Shown: positions 1 through 10,058, numbered from the stretch's first letter. The stretch: DNA of 64,000 nucleotides from a virus (IMGVR_UViG_2627853856_000004:1-64000); one strand, 5' to 3'. Notes: a model not told the origin generated them from the sequence alone. Program-made: numbers and translations.

Positions 1-192
1 ATGCTGGTTTTCTTCATATCGGTCTATGGATTCCTGGTCATGTTCGTGCTGCCCAGCCTTTCGCGCAACCGCCGCGAGCAGCGCCCTGACGCGCCGATTC
101 TGGCCTTTGCGGGACGGGGGCTGATGGCCGCCTCCGCCACCGGCGCCTGCCTCGCGCTCAGCGCGGCGGCCTGGGGCTCGCTGATCCATTAA
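1..192 (+). CDS. Host small membrane protein (may be truncated at window edge)
   Basis: Two hydrophobic segments; lies outside the att repeat. Confidence 0.5.
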   Translation: MLVFFISVYGFLVMFVLPSLSRNRREQRPDAPILAFAGRGLMAASATGACLALSAAAWGSLIH

Positions 193-197
193 GCGGG

Positions 198-227
198 TTG
201 AAGAGAGCCTCCGTTTTCGGCTATCAG
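198..227 (+). promoter_or_regulatory. Probable native tRNA promoter (TTGAAG-N18-TATCAG)
   Basis: Sigma70-like boxes followed by a GC-rich stretch just before the tRNA 5' fragment at 241. Confidence 0.45.
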
Positions 228-240
228 GCCGGCCTCCGGC

Positions 241-280
241 GCGGGCGTAGCATAGTGGTAATGCTCTAGCCTTCCAAGCT
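241..280 (+). repeat. Left att site: 40-bp copy of the tRNA-Gly 5' half
   Basis: GCGGGCGTAGCATAGTGGTAATGCTCTAGCCTTCCAAGCT is identical to 58834..58873. Confidence 0.95.
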
Positions 281-311
281 CCCCGGATTGGCGGCTTTCT
301 GCGGATTTCGA

Positions 312-370
312 TGTAAAACCCTGCAAAAAGCCGCGCTATCCTTTCAATAGCTTAGCGACACCCTGTAAAA
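312..370 (+). promoter_or_regulatory. Putative integrase arm-type sites and IHF-like site
   Basis: TGTAAAAC/CCCTG(T/C)AAAA repeats recur at 58780..58799; TTTCAATAGCTTA resembles the IHF consensus and is mirrored by TAAGTGCTTGAAT at the other end. Confidence 0.6.
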
Positions 371-1222
371 TTATCCGGTGCCTGGAAACAGCTCGCCCAG
401 GCGATCGGCCGGCAGGTTGCTGATGATCAGTTCGCGTGCCTCAACCTCATTGCCACCGCCGGCGATCGAATAGATCAGCTGCAGTTCGACCATTGCGAAC
501 CCGTCGAACGTGCGGCGGATATCCGGATGGTCATTGATGCTCAGCAGGAAGGTGCCAGCCATGGCGCGCATCATATCGGCCATGACCGCGAACTGGCCGC
601 GATCGAACAGGTCGCGGCCATAGTCGCCCTCGCTGCCGTAATATGGCGGATCGAGATAGAAGAGCGTCTCGGGTCGGTCATAGCGGCCGATCAGGTCCTG
701 CCACGGCAGCCGCTCAATCACGACACCGGCGAGCCGCTCATGGATCGCTTCGAGCAGCGGGCCGAGCTTCGTCACGTCGAAGCCGGCCGGTTCGCCGGGG
801 CTCACGCCGAAGTTACGGCCGGCCACCTTTCCGCCGAACGCGAGGCGCTGCAGATAGAGGAAGCGCGCCGCCCGTTCGAGGTCCGTCATGGTGGATGGAT
901 CGACCCGCGCGAGCTTCTCGAAGCCGGATCGCGTGGTGAGCTGGAAGCGGAGCATGTCGAGGAAGGCGACATAGTGCCGCTGCAGGATGCGGAAGAACGT
1001 CGCTACGTCCTCCGACCAATCGTTGACTACCTCCGCCTTAGCCTTGCGGCCGCGACGCAGGAAGACGCCGCCCATGCCCATGAAGACTTCGGCATAGGTG
1101 TGGTGCGGAACACGATCGATAGCGCGGGTTATCGGCCGGGCCAGCCGGCGCTTGCCGCCGATATAGGCTGCAGCCGGGTGGGTAGATGCGACAAAATCGT
1201 CGAAAAGTAGACTCGACTCCAT
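371..1222 (-). CDS. Dam-like (D12 class) N6-adenine DNA methyltransferase
   Basis: YIGGKRRLA, EVFMGMGGVF and FYLDPPY motifs. Confidence 0.9.
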   Translation of the reverse strand: MESSLLFDDFVASTHPAAAYIGGKRRLARPITRAIDRVPHHTYAEVFMGMGGVFLRRGRKAKAEVVNDWSEDVATFFRILQRHYVAFLDMLRFQLTTRSGFEKLARVDPSTMTDLERAARFLYLQRLAFGGKVAGRNFGVSPGEPAGFDVTKLGPLLEAIHERLAGVVIERLPWQDLIGRYDRPETLFYLDPPYYGSEGDYGRDLFDRGQFAVMADMMRAMAGTFLLSINDHPDIRRTFDGFAMVELQLIYSIAGGGNEVEARELIISNLPADRLGELFPGTG

Positions 1223-1229
1223 ATCCGAT

Positions 1230-1244
1230 GTTCCATATTCGTTC
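1230..1244. promoter_or_regulatory. Alphaproteobacterial LexA (SOS) box
   Basis: GTTC-CATATTC-GTTC matches GTTC-N7-GTTC. Confidence 0.7.
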
Positions 1245-1367
1245 CGCCGTCCGGTGCCGGATGGCGGGATGCGACTCATGTGGCCGCATGGGGACATGGT
1301 GGGTTCTGTCCACCGGCTCGGAGCGTTGGCGCGCTCCGGCCCCCGCCCACCGGGCGAGGGAGATTTT

Positions 1368-1730
1368 GTGTCACGCCGCGTACCGACCACCCTGCATGAT
1401 CTTTGCGAGCTGTATGGAGGCGGGCGCATGCTGGTGCGCTGCTCGAACAGCCAGTGCGGCCGCGCGAGAATTTTTGACGTGCGGGCGATCCGCGACCATT
1501 GGAAGAAGAAGCGCTGGAGCGATCGTTTCCGTGATGTGCCCCTGCATTTCTATTGTGCGATTTGCCGATCGAGACCGGAGCGGTTGCAATGGATCGAGCC
1601 GGGGCCTTACGGCCTCGGCAGCACCATCAAAGCCCCCGCCGCATGTCTCGCGCCCTTTGGGATCAACCCGCTGGCGTGGGCGCTCGCCAGCCCCGAGGAC
1701 CGGGAGCGTTTGATAAAGGCGCGAAGATAG
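1368..1730 (+). CDS. Hypothetical Zn-ribbon protein
   Basis: GTG after GAGGGAG; CSNSQC and CAIC pairs. Confidence 0.6.
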   Translation: MSRRVPTTLHDLCELYGGGRMLVRCSNSQCGRARIFDVRAIRDHWKKKRWSDRFRDVPLHFYCAICRSRPERLQWIEPGPYGLGSTIKAPAACLAPFGINPLAWALASPEDRERLIKARR

Positions 1731-1747
1731 CGAGTGTCACTTTTATG

Positions 1748-1780
1748 TTGACAGTGAAGATGGTGTCTCTTAAAAGAGAC
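1748..1780 (+). promoter_or_regulatory. TA promoter with palindromic operator
   Basis: TTGACA-N17-TAAAAG overlapped by the palindrome GTCTCTT-AA-AAGAGAC (1765..1780). Confidence 0.7.
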
Positions 1781-1782
1781 GA

Positions 1783-2073
1783 ATGAAGACGACGCAAACT
1801 CCGCAGTTCGCCAAGTGGATCGATGGTCTGAAGGACCGCAAGGCGCAGGCCGTCATCCGTATCCGCATCGTGCGGGTCGAGGCTGGGCTGCTCGGCGATG
1901 TGAAGTCGGTCGGCGACGGCGTCAGCGAACTCCGCATCGCCTTCGGCCCCGGCTACCGCGTCTACTTCACCCGTCGCGGCGACGAACTGATCATCCTGCT
2001 GAACGGGGGCGACAAGGGCTCCCAGAGCAGAGACATCGAAGCCGCAAAGAAACTGGCCGCTCAAATCGAATGA
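1783..2073 (+). CDS. RelE/HigB-like addiction module killer toxin
   Basis: GDVKSVGDGVSELRIAFGPGYRVYF...GGDKGSQ signature. Confidence 0.9.
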   Translation: MKTTQTPQFAKWIDGLKDRKAQAVIRIRIVRVEAGLLGDVKSVGDGVSELRIAFGPGYRVYFTRRGDELIILLNGGDKGSQSRDIEAAKKLAAQIE

Positions 2074-2109
2074 GCGGCCTCAACAGCCATTTCGGAGGCA
2101 CTCGAAGCC

Positions 2110-2403
2110 ATGGCTATCACACTGGAAAACTATGACAGCGCCGAGCATTTCACCGATCCGGCGGCACAGGATGAACTTATTCGCGACGCGATCGAGCAGG
2201 GCGACGCCGGCTATCTCGCGCATGCCATCGGCATCGTGCTGCGCGCCAATGGCATGACGAAGGCGCAGAGCGACACCGGCATGAAGCGCCAGGCGCTCTA
2301 TCGCGCCTTCAGCCAGGCGGGCAACCCGACGCTCGACACCTTTCTGAAGGCGCTGAAATCCGCCGGGCTGGAAATCACGATCAAGCACGCCACAGCCGCC
2401 TGA
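2110..2403 (+). CDS. Addiction module antidote (HTH antitoxin)
   Basis: GMTKAQSDTGMKRQALYRAFSQAGNPTLDT HTH; follows the toxin. Confidence 0.9.
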   Translation: MAITLENYDSAEHFTDPAAQDELIRDAIEQGDAGYLAHAIGIVLRANGMTKAQSDTGMKRQALYRAFSQAGNPTLDTFLKALKSAGLEITIKHATAA

Positions 2404-2407
2404 CGAA

Positions 2408-2644
2408 TTACTTCGGCCAGGCAGCGACCGTCCACCAGTGCCGAGCCGCGCAATCCCCATACATGGCGATCACCTGAGCTTCCCAGTCTGCCCGGTCAGG
2501 GTCGCTCGGTGGCATCGGTGGGAGGTCTGGGCATCGCTGCGCCAGATTGGCCTGCAGCCGCACCGTTGGCGCGGATACGCGCGGCGTCGAGCATGACGGC
2601 AACAGCATCAGGAACGCTGCACTCAGCGGGAATAGGCGGGCCAT
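2408..2644 (-). CDS. o-spanin (Rz1-like lipoprotein)
   Basis: Lipobox LPSC, Pro-rich, overlaps the i-spanin in another frame. Confidence 0.7.
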   Translation of the reverse strand: MARLFPLSAAFLMLLPSCSTPRVSAPTVRLQANLAQRCPDLPPMPPSDPDRADWEAQVIAMYGDCAARHWWTVAAWPK

Positions 2645-2891
2645 CTCGGTAAATCTCCCTGATCGTGTTGCGAGTTTCTACGGTCGCAGGTTCGGCCTCG
2701 GCGCGGGCTTGCTCATATCTTGCCGCGCCGGCGTCGACCTTGCCCTGCATCCGCTCGCGCAGCGCATCGCGTGCCTCGACCGCTTTCAGCGCGTCCGCAT
2801 CGGCCTTCCAGTCGCGGACGGTCCACCCGCCCAATAGGCCGGCAAGAAGGACGACTCCCGCCCCGATCGCGAGGATCTGCGGCGGGATCAT
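2496..2891 (-). CDS. i-spanin (Rz-like)
   Basis: N-terminal TM plus coiled coil, downstream of endolysin and holin. Confidence 0.75.
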   Translation of the reverse strand: MIPPQILAIGAGVVLLAGLLGGWTVRDWKADADALKAVEARDALRERMQGKVDAGAARYEQARAEAEPATVETRNTIREIYRDGPPIPAECSVPDAVAVMLDAARIRANGAAAGQSGAAMPRPPTDATERP

Positions 2892-3127
2892 TCCGTCGCC
2901 GCCTTGGCCTTGGCGACGCCCTTATCCTTCGCCGCCACGCCAAAGCCCCCTGCTATCAGGATCGAGCCGAATCCAGCGCCAAACTCGATCGCGTTGAATG
3001 CCTGCTTGTTCAGGTAGATGGCGACGCCCTGATAGACGATCATCGCCAGGACGCCGACTGCCCATAATATCCTTCCAAGCTCGAACTCGTCACCGATGCC
3101 CTTGAGCATGTTCACAAGGCCGCTCAT
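2888..3127 (-). CDS. Holin-like two-TM protein
   Basis: MSGLVNML...; two TMs with basic C-terminus, within the lysis cassette. Confidence 0.65.
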   Translation of the reverse strand: MSGLVNMLKGIGDEFELGRILWAVGVLAMIVYQGVAIYLNKQAFNAIEFGAGFGSILIAGGFGVAAKDKGVAKAKAATE

Positions 3128-3609
3128 GCCTCGTTCCTCGACAGCGCGCCGCCGCCATCGGCGATAAGCACGAGCGCGGTCGGCAGCGCGAGCGTCGCCG
3201 GCCAGCGGAAGCCAAGGACCCGCGCACGGTCGAACTTGGCCTCGCAGACCTTGTCGCCCTGATTGCCGCCGACACCCCAGACGAAGTTCTTGGACACCTT
3301 CATGACGAAGAACACATGGCCGCCGCCGTCGCGATCGAGAATGCAGACAGCGCCGTAGGCGGGCTGACATGCCCGGCCCCAATCGAGCCAGCCTTTCGCC
3401 CGGTACCAATGCTTCGGCAGCGCAAAGCCCGCTTTCTGAAGGACATGGCCGACGAACACGCCGCACCAGGGCGTTGCATCGTCAAACCACCAAGCCTTCA
3501 GGCCCTTGAGCCATCCGGCTATCACTGCGCTGTTGCCCGGTCCGGGCACCTCGCGAAGCCCGATCAACTGTAGCGCATACGTCATCCATGCCAGTGACGC
3601 TGTCGTCAT
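3124..3609 (-). CDS. Endolysin candidate, TIGR02594 (NlpC/P60/CHAP-like) family
   Basis: PWCGVFV, GHVFFV and GGNQ motifs. Confidence 0.8.
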   Translation of the reverse strand: MTTASLAWMTYALQLIGLREVPGPGNSAVIAGWLKGLKAWWFDDATPWCGVFVGHVLQKAGFALPKHWYRAKGWLDWGRACQPAYGAVCILDRDGGGHVFFVMKVSKNFVWGVGGNQGDKVCEAKFDRARVLGFRWPATLALPTALVLIADGGGALSRNEA

Positions 3610-3677
3610 TGGAACCTCCTTCAGGGTGTGAGTTGTCGATGGTGAGCCGCCGCCCGCTTAGGCCGTGCAGCGATGGG

Positions 3678-4046
3678 TCATTTCGCTCGCAGGATAGTTT
3701 CCAGCATGTCGGGCGGCAGCGTGCCGCTGGGGAACGCCCGCTTGAGCAAGTCAGGAAAGGTGGACCCTATCAGCGCCTTCGCATGCCCGATGACGGGCGC
3801 GTCCGGCCGATGCTGGCCGATATCGTTGACGAGAAGGAAACACACCGCGACTAGGCAATCGACCTGCCGGACGTAGTCAATCTGCCCACCCGCCAGTTGC
3901 TCGACTCTGGCTTCAAGCCGCGCGATCCTGCCCCTGCGATGACGGATAGCCCAGACGATACCTCGGCCAAGGATGGCCAGCACACCGCCGGACGCCGTGA
4001 CGACGGCGGCGGCTTCCCCGCCCGACATGCCCCCCGTGTCGGTCAT
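3678..4046 (-). CDS. Membrane protein (holin/antiholin-like)
   Basis: N-terminal TM plus coiled coil, upstream of the endolysin. Confidence 0.5.
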   Translation of the reverse strand: MTDTGGMSGGEAAAVVTASGGVLAILGRGIVWAIRHRRGRIARLEARVEQLAGGQIDYVRQVDCLVAVCFLLVNDIGQHRPDAPVIGHAKALIGSTFPDLLKRAFPSGTLPPDMLETILRAK

Positions 4047-4049
4047 GGA

Positions 4050-4424
4050 TCAGAACTCCCGCTTGAAGTGGATGCCGATTGTGGTGCCGGTGACGATCAG
4101 GTTGACCCGCGCGATCGTGCGGGCCGCGCCGGGGTCGCGGTCCTGCACGATCGACACGGCGACCGACGACAGGATGATCGTCCCCATCCGCGTGCCGATC
4201 ACCTGCGCCGCGTTCGGATGCTGGCCGAACGCCAGCGCCATCGGCCCCACTTCGCGGCACGTTCCGCGATCGAGGCAGCGCACCGTCCAGGCGGCGTCGA
4301 TCGCCGACACGGCGACGGCCGCCTTCTGTTCGTCGGGAAGGTCGGCGATCCGCTCGCCGATCGAGCGCGCAGCGGCCGGTGATGCGCAGCCCAGCAACAG
4401 GGCCGCGACAATGGCGGTTTTCAT
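4050..4424 (-). CDS. Secreted/membrane hypothetical protein
   Basis: Signal peptide MKTAIVAALLLGCASPAAA. Confidence 0.55.
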   Translation of the reverse strand: MKTAIVAALLLGCASPAAARSIGERIADLPDEQKAAVAVSAIDAAWTVRCLDRGTCREVGPMALAFGQHPNAAQVIGTRMGTIILSSVAVSIVQDRDPGAARTIARVNLIVTGTTIGIHFKREF

Positions 4425-4489
4425 GGATCTTCTCCGGGCAATAAAAAGCCCGCGCGAGGCGGGCCAAAACACAGATGATGGAGAGCCGA

Positions 4490-4825
4490 TCAGCCGGCAG
4501 GCGAGGCCCAGGGCAACGGCGGGGTGACCATCGGCGGCGACACTTGCACCGCTATCTGGCCTTCGATCGACTCGATGACCGCATCCATGCCTGCGTCGCC
4601 CATCGCCGATTGCGCCCAGCCGATCACCACCTCGGGCGTAAGCTGCTCATAGGGCGTGAAGTTCTCGTCGTCCGCGAACGGGATATTCTGCGCCCCGTAA
4701 CGGGTCGCGACATAAGTGCCGTCCGTGCCGTTGACCCGCCAATGGATGCAGGACACGACATTGGTGAAGCCTTCTACCTCGGGAAAGCAGTCGATCTGCT
4801 CGACGATCCATTGATAGCTGATCAT
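4490..4825 (-). CDS. Tail-fibre-associated small protein
   Basis: VVSCIHWR...FTPYEQLT...VIGW...PLPW pattern often seen beside fibre genes. Confidence 0.6.
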   Translation of the reverse strand: MISYQWIVEQIDCFPEVEGFTNVVSCIHWRVNGTDGTYVATRYGAQNIPFADDENFTPYEQLTPEVVIGWAQSAMGDAGMDAVIESIEGQIAVQVSPPMVTPPLPWASPAG

Positions 4826-5061
4826 GCCCCCTTCTCCGTGCGGGGCTTGGGGGCGCCACGGCTCGCGGCGCGACGCTGCTGCCGGTTCGGGACATCTGCT
4901 GCACCGGACGCCTCCGCGCTGGCGGCCGCGATCTGCGCGTCCGCCTGCGCCTTGATGTCGCACAGCAGGGGAAAGGCACCCGATGATGTCGGCAGCTGGC
5001 CGAGGGTGTTGATGATCCCCTGCACCGCCTCAACGTCCAGTTCGAGTTTGATTTTGGTCAC
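4822..5061 (-). CDS. Hypothetical fibre-associated protein
   Basis: RBS AGGAG; stop overlaps the next start. Confidence 0.55.
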   Translation of the reverse strand: MTKIKLELDVEAVQGIINTLGQLPTSSGAFPLLCDIKAQADAQIAAASAEASGAADVPNRQQRRAASRGAPKPRTEKGA

Positions 5062-5075
5062 GATCGTCTCCTTGG

Positions 5076-8000
5076 TTAAGCTGCTGCGATGGTGGTGACG
5101 GTGCCCGAAGAGCCCCGATATTTCAGGGCGCCGGCCTCGACATAGAGCTGGCCGCCGCTGATGTTGGTGGTAGGCGCGGTGCCGTTGGCGAGGCCGATGA
5201 CGCGCAGGGCGGAAGTTCCCACCGCCGTAACCCCGAGCATGAAGTTTCCGCCCTCGAAACGCGCGCGCGCTGTGGCACCATCGCCGAGGATCAGAGCTTT
5301 CCCGGTGTCTGCGTAGATGAACCCATTCCCGGATGTATCCACCTGCATCACCAGATCGGCGAGCGTGTTGCCCACGAGGATACGCGCTGCGCTCGCCCCC
5401 GAATCGCGAAACGCGCCGAGCAAGGCTCCGCCGCTATCGACTACCGTAAGCTTGCCGATGCTCGTTGGCGTGCCGATCGTGACATGCCCAGTAGTGTGAA
5501 AGCGTACCTTTTCGCCGAGCGATCCCGGATTGAACGTGATCGGCTCACCCGTCGTGCTGCCGAACGAAACACCCGAACTAACCCCGTAGCTTAGGATGCC
5601 GTAGGCCTTGGCGGTCGAGCCCCACTTGATCGGGAAATTGGTGTCCTCACGAACGTCCAGGCGAGCATCGCTAATCGTGGTCGTGCCGATTAACACATGG
5701 CCTGCGAAATGGTTGGGGGCCGTGCCCACCATAAAAGCATTCCAGCGGCCTGTCGCCGCGGCGAGGGCACCAAAGAAGCCGTAATTATTCGCCGCACCCG
5801 TGAGGCCGGGTTCCGCCTTAAACCCGTACTGATTAGTTACGGTCGAACCTGCTCCAATGGTGCCTTGATCGGCGCGAAACTGTGCGAGGTCTGTCAGCGT
5901 GAACGATGCGGCCTGAGTGCCCAGGTTTGAAAAATAACCGACAGCTTGGCTGGTAACGTCAGATTGCGCTACACCCGAAGCACGGAAGGCATAGGAGCTT
6001 GTCGAGCCCGATAAATTCTTCTGATTGAAGAAGTTGGTACGGGCCTCGGGGCTACCGCCCATGCTGATCGAGCCGTCAAAGCGCGAGAATGCACTTCCTG
6101 CGCCATAGAAAGCGTAGGTCGCGCCTCCTCCGGAGGCGGCATTCTGGTTCGTATAATAGGCATAATGCGTCTTGCCCGAGGTGACGGCGGCCGCATCCGC
6201 CGCGTAAAATGCGTAGTTGTTCGTAGCGCCGATGAGGGTGCCGGAAGCCAAAAATCCGTACTGTCGCGTTACGGTCGAGCCCGCGCCGAGCGTGCTTTGA
6301 TTGGCCCCGAAGTGCACAAGGTCGCTTAGCGTGAAGGCCGCGGCGGCTGTCTGTGCCTGTGAGCGAAAATAATATGCAGACGTTACATCGGACTGGACAG
6401 TTCCATCAGAAAAGTGCGCGGCGGAAGTTGTGGCCCCGGTGATGGCCTTGCCATTGCGGAAACTGTAGCCGGTCAGCGCCGTTACACCGAGGCCGAGCGA
6501 TCCATTCTCGATGCGCATCCACTCGGTGCCCGCTTGATTGCGCCACACATGCTTTGTGAATTCGGAGCGCAATTCCGTTACAGCCGAGCCGCTGCCGAAG
6601 GTGGCGAAGGGTGCACCGCTGTTGTCGTTTAACGACAGGTTGAGACCGGCATTTGCCGTCCCCGTCCCGAGCATAAGAGCAGCAGCCGCCGCCGCGCCGG
6701 TCGCCAAGTTCTTGATACGGTTGACGATCGACCCGGCCGACGACTTCTGGATATCGAAGTCATAGGCAGCGGCCGCGCCCACGCCGATCCCGGTGCCATC
6801 GAAACGAACCGTCTCGACCCCGCCGAGCGCGAGCGCGAGGCTATTGGCGCCGGGGCGAAAGAAGCCGGTGTCGAGATCGGACGCGAACTTGATCGCGGGC
6901 GCGGCCGCATCGCCGTCCCCAAAGCCGTTCATCACCAGCCCGGCAGACAGCGCAGCCGCCGACGCACTGGTAGCGGCTTCCCCCGCCTTGGTCGTCGCGA
7001 TGCCCGCCTGCGTCGTTGCGGTGGTGGCAGATGCCGCCGCCGCCGACGCGCTGCCCCCGGCGGCCGCAGCCGATCCCGCCGCCGTCCCTTGCGAAGTCGC
7101 GGCATCGGTCGCGCTCGCGGCAGCGGCGGATGCGGAGCCGGCGGCGGCGGTCGCCGAACCGGCGGCGGCCGTCGCGCTGGTGGCGGCATCGCCCGCCTTC
7201 GTAGTCGCTATGCCCCCTTGCGTCGTCGCGGTCGCGGCCGAACCGGCGGCGGCGGTTGCGCTGCCGGCAGCGGCCGTGGCGCTGTCCTCGGCTTCGGTTT
7301 CCGATTCGGCTGCAGATGCGGCAAGGCTGGCAGCGGCCGCCGCGCTGGTCGATGCGTTGGTCGCCATGCTGGTGGCGGTGCCCGCACTGGTCGCGGCCGA
7401 TGCCGCGCTGGTCGCCGCGTCGCTCGCCTTCGTGGTGGCGATACCGGCCTGCGTCGTCGCGGTCGCGGCCGAACCGGCGGCCGCCGTCGCACTGTCGGCC
7501 GCGTCGCCCGCCGAACCATCGGCCGCCGTCGCGGAGCCGGCGGCGGCGGTCGCGCTGGTCGCCGCCTCGGCGGCCCTGGTCGCGGCGGTCCCCGCCTGCG
7601 TCGTCGCCGTGGCGGCCGAGCCGCTGGCGGCCGTCGCGCTGGCGGCGGCCGCTGTCTCGCTGGCCGATGCGGCACCGGCTGAGGCATCCGCCGCCGTCGC
7701 CGAACCCGAAGCGTCAGCCGCGCTCGCCGAGGCCTCACCCGCCTTCGTGGATGCGATGCCGGCTTGCGTCCCGGCCGTGGTCGCGGACGTCGCCGCCTCG
7801 CTGGCCTTGGTGGTGGCGATACCCGCCTGTGTCGTCGCGGCCGTCGCTGAACCGGCGGCCGCGCTCGCGCTGCCGGCGGCGGCTGTCGCGCTCGCGTCCG
7901 CCTCGCCGGCGCTATCTGCCGCGTCGATCGCCTCATTGGCCGAGGTTGAAGCGGCGCTTGCGGCGGCGGCGGCGCTTGCCGCCGCCTCGCCCGCCTTGGT

Positions 8001-9515
8001 TGTCGCGATCCCCGCCTGCGTCGTCGCGGTCGCAGCCGAGCCACTGGCGGCGGTCGCACTGCCGGCCGAGGCCGTCGCGCTGGTCGCCGCAGCGGCCGCC
8101 GAACCATCGGCGGCGGCGGCGCTGGTTGCCGCTTCCGCTGCCTTCGTGGTGGCGATATCCGCTTGGCCCAATGCTGTCGCAGCGGCGCTGGCGGCGGCGC
8201 TGGCGCTTGCGGCCGAGGCGGCGGCGCTATCGTCCGCATCCTCGGCCGAGCCGGCCGCAGCCGTGGCCGAGCCGGCCGCAGCTGTCGCGCTCGCGGCGGC
8301 ACCATCTGCCGACCCATCAGCGGCCCCCGCCGAGCCCGAAGACGCGGCCGCGCTGGCAGCCGCCTCGCCAGCCTTCGCCGTGGCGATCCCGGCCTGTGTG
8401 GTCGCGGTCGTGGCCGAGCCTGCAGCCGCGCTCGCGCTGCCCGCTGAAGCGGTCGCGCTGGTCGCGGCGGCATCCGCCGAGCCATCGGCCGCATCGGCGC
8501 TGGCGGATGCCTCACTGGCCTTGGTCGCGGCTATGCCTGCCTGCGTCGCTGCCGTCGCCGCCGATCCCCCAGCTGCGCTCGCGCTCCCCGCCGAGGCCGT
8601 GGCGCTGCCGGCGGCATCATCCGCCGAGGCATCAGCCGCCGTCGCCGATCCGGCCGCAGCAGTGGCGCTGCCGGCGGCGGCATCGGCGGACGCATCGGCC
8701 GCCGTCGCCGAGCCCGACGCAGCGGTGGCGCTGCCGGCGGCCTCGCCCGCCTTCGTGGTGGCAATGGCCGCCTGTGCCGCCGCCGTCTCGGCGCTGCCCG
8801 TCGCGGCCGTGGCGCTGCCGGCAGCTGCCGTCGCGCTCCCGGCCGCATCGTCCGCCGATCCTTCAGCCGCCGCCGCCGACGCTGCCGCCGCGCCCGCGCT
8901 CGCGGCGGCGTCATCCTTCGCCGCGATCAGCTCGGCCGTCGCGTCGCTTTGCGGTATCTCGAAATCCAGCACCGCCGTGGTGCGCGTCCCCACGTTAGTG
9001 ACGCGGGCCGGCTGACCGCCAGGCACAGTCACGACCGCGCCGACATCGACAGTCGCCGGGCTGCCGCGCTCGACGAAGTTCACCCGGTTCGACGCCTGCA
9101 CGATCGTCACCGCGACATAGGGCGAGGGCGAGATGCTGACCGGCGGCGATTCGACGGGGCTTAGGGCGGGCGAGCGCGACACGAACAGCGCGCCATCGCT
9201 CAACACGGTGCGGCCGTCCTCGACCACTTCCGCGATCTGAAGCCGCATGGCGCCCTCCACCGCGTCGGCGAACAGCGCCTCGGTATCGGCGCCGACAAAG
9301 GCAAGCAGCACGCTATCGCCGGCCGCGACCGCCGACACGCTCTTCAGCACCACGGCGCCGACCGCGCGATACGCCGTCATCACGAAGGTGCGATCGGTGA
9401 GGTCGATCGGATCGCCATCGACTTCGGTCACCAGCGTCAGTTCGACCGGAAAGGTCTCGCCGGCATAGATCGTCACATCGCCTTCGACAGAAAAGCGGGC
9501 GCGGATTCTCGTCAT
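5076..9515 (-). CDS. Long tail fibre / receptor-binding protein
   Basis: Ala/Ser/Thr repeat shaft (lambda Stf-like), [10 protein letters not shown] motif, beta-rich C-terminus; position after the tail-tip genes. Confidence 0.85.
6950..8920 (-). repeat. Coding repeats ([19 protein letters not shown]-like units) in the tail fibre
   Basis: Degenerate tandem repeats visible in DNA and protein; boundaries approximate. Confidence 0.85.
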
Positions 9516-9539
9516 CTATTTTACCCCGTGCGTGGAAGA

Positions 9540-10058
9540 TTAGGCGGTGGGCCATTCTATCTTTGCGGCGGCCGCGAACTCGGCGAGCGAGCGCGCCTGC
9601 CGGGCCGCTTCCTTGGCCGCCGTCCTGACCGCTTCGAGCGGCACCGCGTGCGCCAGTTCGGCAGCGCGGTCGGCTTCGGCGCGCTCGATCACGCGCGCCG
9701 CCAGCGTCTTGAGGGGGATATCCTTCAACCGCGCTTCGGCGTCGAGGAAGGGCGTCGGGCCTTTCAGGTCGCGAGCCTCGGCCTCTTTGGCCGCATAGAC
9801 GCGCGCCAGCGCCTCGTCTTTGACGGGGCGGCGCGCTGCCGCCTCGGCGTCGATCCTGCGCAGCAAAGGTCGGCGGATCACATCGAAGTCGTAGCTTTCC
9901 TTGATGCCATCCTTGGCAATCTCATAGCTGCGAAAGCTGCCCTCGATCTCCAGCGGGATGAGCCGCCCGCTATCGGTGTTCGCGGCCAGCTCACTTTCAT
10001 GAACGTGAAGGATATCGCCCTGACCCGTGATCGGGTCGAGCATCACATAACTGCCCAT
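9540..10058 (-). CDS. Tail accessory / fibre assembly-like protein
   Basis: Position; YAAKEAEAR...PFLDAEA pattern. Confidence 0.55.
   Translation of the reverse strand: MGSYVMLDPITGQGDILHVHESELAANTDSGRLIPLEIEGSFRSYEIAKDGIKESYDFDVIRRPLLRRIDAEAAARRPVKDEALARVYAAKEAEARDLKGPTPFLDAEARLKDIPLKTLAARVIERAEADRAAELAHAVPLEAVRTAAKEAARQARSLAEFAAAAKIEWPTA

Noticed and set aside
241-314. Second complete tRNA-Gly
   Set aside because: Identity stops at 280; no T arm or acceptor 3' strand
2888-3466. 192-aa ORF
   Set aside because: The N-terminal part overlaps the endolysin out of frame; the holin-like gene likely starts at 3127
6950-8920. Repeats as a possible CRISPR array or DGR
   Set aside because: Degenerate in-frame coding repeats without unique spacers; no cas or reverse transcriptase gene seen in the window
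6793-9015. Long alternative ORFs (740, 580, 435 aa) over the tail fibre
   Set aside because: Shadow frames of GC-rich Ala/Ser/Thr codon repeats with no independent features
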